Origin: an uncultured Candidatus Actinomarina sp.
GTDB lineage: Bacteria > Actinomycetota > Acidimicrobiia > Actinomarinales > Actinomarinaceae
DNA length: 64,000 nucleotides
Assembly (NCBI GenBank): GCA_902628045.1
Contig: CACOLU010000004.1
Span: 8,665 to 72,664, forward strand
Reading direction: 5' to 3'
Shown here: in pieces, positions 61,488-64,000 of the stretch
Layout of the letters: each line of letters starts with the position of its first letter
Numbering within the stretch: the first letter of the stretch is position 1
The notes under the pieces: model-generated
The model's database searches: none
What the model saw: the letters and a program-made list of their open reading frames with translations, nothing else
What the model was told of the DNA's origin: nothing
Program-made: the position numbers and the translations under genes

Positions 61488-62201
61488 GTGATTGAAATAA
61501 AAGATCTCACTATGAGATACAAAAACGGAAAAGGCGTTGGAGATATCAATATCTCTGTTGATAATGGCGAGGTTAAAGGGCTTCTTGGTCCTAACGGGGC
61601 TGGAAAATCTACAACAATGAGAAGTCTTATGGGATTTTTGATGCCCTCTGAAGGTTCACTTTCAGTTGAGGGAATTGATACAATTGAAAATCCTGTTGAG
61701 GCAAAGAAAATAATAGGCTATTTACCTGGAGATCCTCAACTTCCACAAAATTTAAACTCTAAGTCATTATTTAAACTTGGTGCGGATATGAGAGGTCAAT
61801 CAACTGATTATGCTATGGAATTAGCAGAAAAGTTTGAATTGGAGGTTGATCAAACTCTCAAAGAATTATCTAAAGGTAACAGACAAAAAGTTGCATTGAT
61901 ACTGGCTGTGCTTCATAAGCCAAAGGCATTAATTTTAGATGAACCAACTTCAGGCCTGGACCCCTTTCATCAAAGAACTTTTTTTGAAATCGTAAAAGAA
62001 TTTGCTAATAATGGTGCAGCAATACTTTTATCATCACATATTATTTCTGAGGTTGAAAAAGTTGCCGACTCGATGGCTGTTTTAAGAGAAGGTGCAAAAG
62101 TATATGATGAAACATATGAGACATTTTTAAATAAAGCAAAAGAAGAAGGACAAGATTTAGAAGATGCTTTTTTTACATTCTATGAAAGAAGAGAGGGGTA
62201 A
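61488..62201 (+). CDS. ABC transporter ATP-binding protein (ABC-2 exporter type)
   Basis: Walker A GPNGAGKST, signature LSKGNRQK, Walker B ILDEPTSGLD. Confidence 0.8.
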   Translation: MIEIKDLTMRYKNGKGVGDINISVDNGEVKGLLGPNGAGKSTTMRSLMGFLMPSEGSLSVEGIDTIENPVEAKKIIGYLPGDPQLPQNLNSKSLFKLGADMRGQSTDYAMELAEKFELEVDQTLKELSKGNRQKVALILAVLHKPKALILDEPTSGLDPFHQRTFFEIVKEFANNGAAILLSSHIISEVEKVADSMAVLREGAKVYDETYETFLNKAKEEGQDLEDAFFTFYERREG

Positions 62202-63025
62202 TGTTTAATTATTTCAAATATATGATTACAGTTCCAAGAAAATTTATTTTAAATTGGGCAATTTCTGGAGGAGTTTACTTATTAATACTTCCACTAGCTT
62301 TTGCAAATTCAAGTGTAGAAAGTTTGCTTATTGACACACAAAGAGAAGCTTTTAGAGGAATGTCAGAAAATGAAACAATGATGAATTTATTGGGAATTCA
62401 GGATTGGGACAATGTTTTTACGTTAGAAGGAATGGTAACAACTTATTTCTTAGTACCATTTGTTCCACTTTTAATTGGCACTGCCACAATAATTCTTTTA
62501 AATAAATTAGGTTCAAAAGCAGAAGAGGATGGGACTTTCGAATTTGTTGCTGCTTTACCAATGACAAGAACTTCTGTGTATTTAACACAATCAATTGTTG
62601 CTGTTCTATTCGGTTTATTTGTAACTTTTGCATGGACAAATATTATGTTTATTCCAATTGCAACTATGGAACTTAGTCAAACACTTGATTATGTTCCACT
62701 TATGAAAGCAACACTTCAAGCCGCTTTGGCTGGGGTTACTTTTGGTGCACTAGGATTTGCGCTTGGAGCATTTACTGGAAAATCTTCAATGGCTTGGGCT
62801 TTTGGTGGAGGCTTAATGGCATTTGAATATTTAACTAACTCTCTAGCTGGAACAAATGATTTTTTTAAATGGTTTGATGACAATCTTTCATCTTTTGGAG
62901 CATATGGCAATCCTTACCAAGATGGTTTATTTGCAGAAGACATATTGCTTGTAATAGGAAAAATAGCAATATTTTTGATAATAGGATTTGTAGGTTTCAG
63001 AAATAGATCTTTAAATCTTAGATAA
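62201..63025 (+). CDS. ABC-2 family transporter permease
   Basis: 6-TM permease overlapping the ATPase stop. Confidence 0.65.
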   Translation: MFNYFKYMITVPRKFILNWAISGGVYLLILPLAFANSSVESLLIDTQREAFRGMSENETMMNLLGIQDWDNVFTLEGMVTTYFLVPFVPLLIGTATIILLNKLGSKAEEDGTFEFVAALPMTRTSVYLTQSIVAVLFGLFVTFAWTNIMFIPIATMELSQTLDYVPLMKATLQAALAGVTFGALGFALGAFTGKSSMAWAFGGGLMAFEYLTNSLAGTNDFFKWFDDNLSSFGAYGNPYQDGLFAEDILLVIGKIAIFLIIGFVGFRNRSLNLR

Positions 63026-63065
63026 ACAATTCCCTACAAAAATTTAATCTACTTAATATATATGT

Positions 63066-63503
63066 ATGCCAAATTTTTCAAGAACAGTAACAGTCAGCTC
63101 AGACATTGATTCTGCTTTTGAATTTTTATCAGATTTTAGAAATTTAGAAAAATGGGCTGAAGGTGATGAAGGTGAACTTATAACCAAAGAACCATTAAGA
63201 CAAGGATCAGTATTCAGAGTTAATACACACTTTAATAATAAGCCAAGACAATACAATTATGAGATTATTGAATGGGGTCCGCCACTCAGAGTTTCCTTAC
63301 AAGCTTCAACTTCAATTTTTACAATTGTTGATACTATATTTTTATCAGCTAACTCAAAAGGCACAGAGGTAACATACTCTGTAGATATTAATTACAAATT
63401 TCCTTTTTTTATTATTGGTATTTTTGTTGGAATTATATTTAACAAAATAATGGATAAGCAAATTAAAAATTTAGAGGCAGTTCTTGGTCCGGTACAAGAC
63501 TAG
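63066..63503 (+). CDS. SRPBCC (START/Bet v1/polyketide-cyclase-like) small protein
   Basis: 145 aa; the SRPBCC assignment is a weak by-eye impression of a beta-rich small protein, no specific motif recognised. Confidence 0.4.
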   Translation: MPNFSRTVTVSSDIDSAFEFLSDFRNLEKWAEGDEGELITKEPLRQGSVFRVNTHFNNKPRQYNYEIIEWGPPLRVSLQASTSIFTIVDTIFLSANSKGTEVTYSVDINYKFPFFIIGIFVGIIFNKIMDKQIKNLEAVLGPVQD

Positions 63504-64000
63504 CTTTCTAGTTTTAATTTTATTTTTTTCTGTAAGTTGCCAGGCAGAACAGGAGAGTAATGTGACTGTTGAATATGGAGAGTTTCCAGAAATAAGTGGT
63601 AGAGATTTAAACAAAAGGGACAAAATCGTTCCAGATGATTTTGTAGATAAAAATTTAATTATTATTGTTGCTTTTCAACAGTGGCATCAACCATTGGTTG
63701 ATGAATCAATTACATTATTAGAAAAAACTGGATTTGGTGATACACATAATATAATCGAGGTTCCCACCGTACAAAAAAGCTCAAAATTATTTGAAGTTTA
63801 TTTAGACGGAATCATGCGTGCAGGAATTAGAGATGACAGAATAAGAGATAGAACAATTACTGCTTATGTTGATCTAAATCAATTCCTAGAAAATTTAGAA
63901 ATACCTTCAAACGAGACAATATATTGGTTTTTGGTTGAAAAAGATTCAAGAAATATCCTGACAAGAGGATACGGTATAATTGATGAGGAAGATTTAGATT
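63484..64000 (+). CDS. Hypothetical lipoprotein, 5' part (runs off the window end)
   Basis: Open frame from TTG 63484 to the window end; N-terminus LVLILFFSVSC resembles a lipoprotein signal peptide with lipobox; not in the ORF track because no stop lies within the window. Confidence 0.4.
   Translation, partial: MVRYKTSFLVLILFFSVSCQAEQESNVTVEYGEFPEISGRDLNKRDKIVPDDFVDKNLIIIVAFQQWHQPLVDESITLLEKTGFGDTHNIIEVPTVQKSSKLFEVYLDGIMRAGIRDDRIRDRTITAYVDLNQFLENLEIPSNETIYWFLVEKDSRNILTRGYGIIDEEDLD

Noticed and set aside
1-64000. CRISPR arrays, transposases/IS elements, prophage genes, toxin-antitoxin pairs, restriction-modification or other recognisable defence systems
   Set aside because: By eye I found no direct-repeat/spacer arrays, no DDE/HUH transposase-like or integrase-like ORFs, and no gene with defence-system motifs. 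Every ORF over 60 aa is accounted for by housekeeping or transport functions.

Overview
The window is a densely packed core-genome stretch (roughly 95% coding) that looks like a low-GC, streamlined actinobacterium. The low-GC call is a by-eye estimate of AT-richness, not a computed value. Gene content and local order match the Mycobacterium/Streptomyces blocks: tmk-holB; tilS-hpt-ftsH-folE-folP-folB-folK-panC-coaX-lysS-clpC; disA; carD-ispF-cysS-rlmB-tRNA-Thr; rex; and a full 14-gene nuoA-N operon. The AT-richness, frequent TTG/GTG starts and tight gene overlaps fit a marine Actinomarina-like lineage; this is inference from composition and synteny, not a database hit.

I called about 63 CDS plus one tRNA-Thr(UGU), and several regulatory sites: two copies of a SAM-I/IV-like riboswitch in front of metK and metY, a perfect Rex operator palindrome directly upstream of nuoA next to the rex gene, and several rho-independent terminators.

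I found no CRISPR array, integrase, transposase, prophage or recognisable defence island, and I cannot point to a single clearly novel multi-gene system. The strongest candidates for undescribed biology are local:
1. A phosphatase-fold ORF inserted inside the folate operon, which could be the missing dihydroneopterin-triphosphate phosphatase.
2. An unannotated 43-codon membrane micro-ORF translationally coupled to the nuoN stop codon.
3. A CvpA-membrane/CAP-domain fusion coupled to a small ORF and a MATE exporter.
4. The paired SAM riboswitch variants, one with an RBS-sequestering expression platform.
5. Departures from actinobacterial synteny: no panD, lsr2, radA or ispD at their usual positions.

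All functional calls rest on motifs read by eye from the translations. None has been verified by database search.
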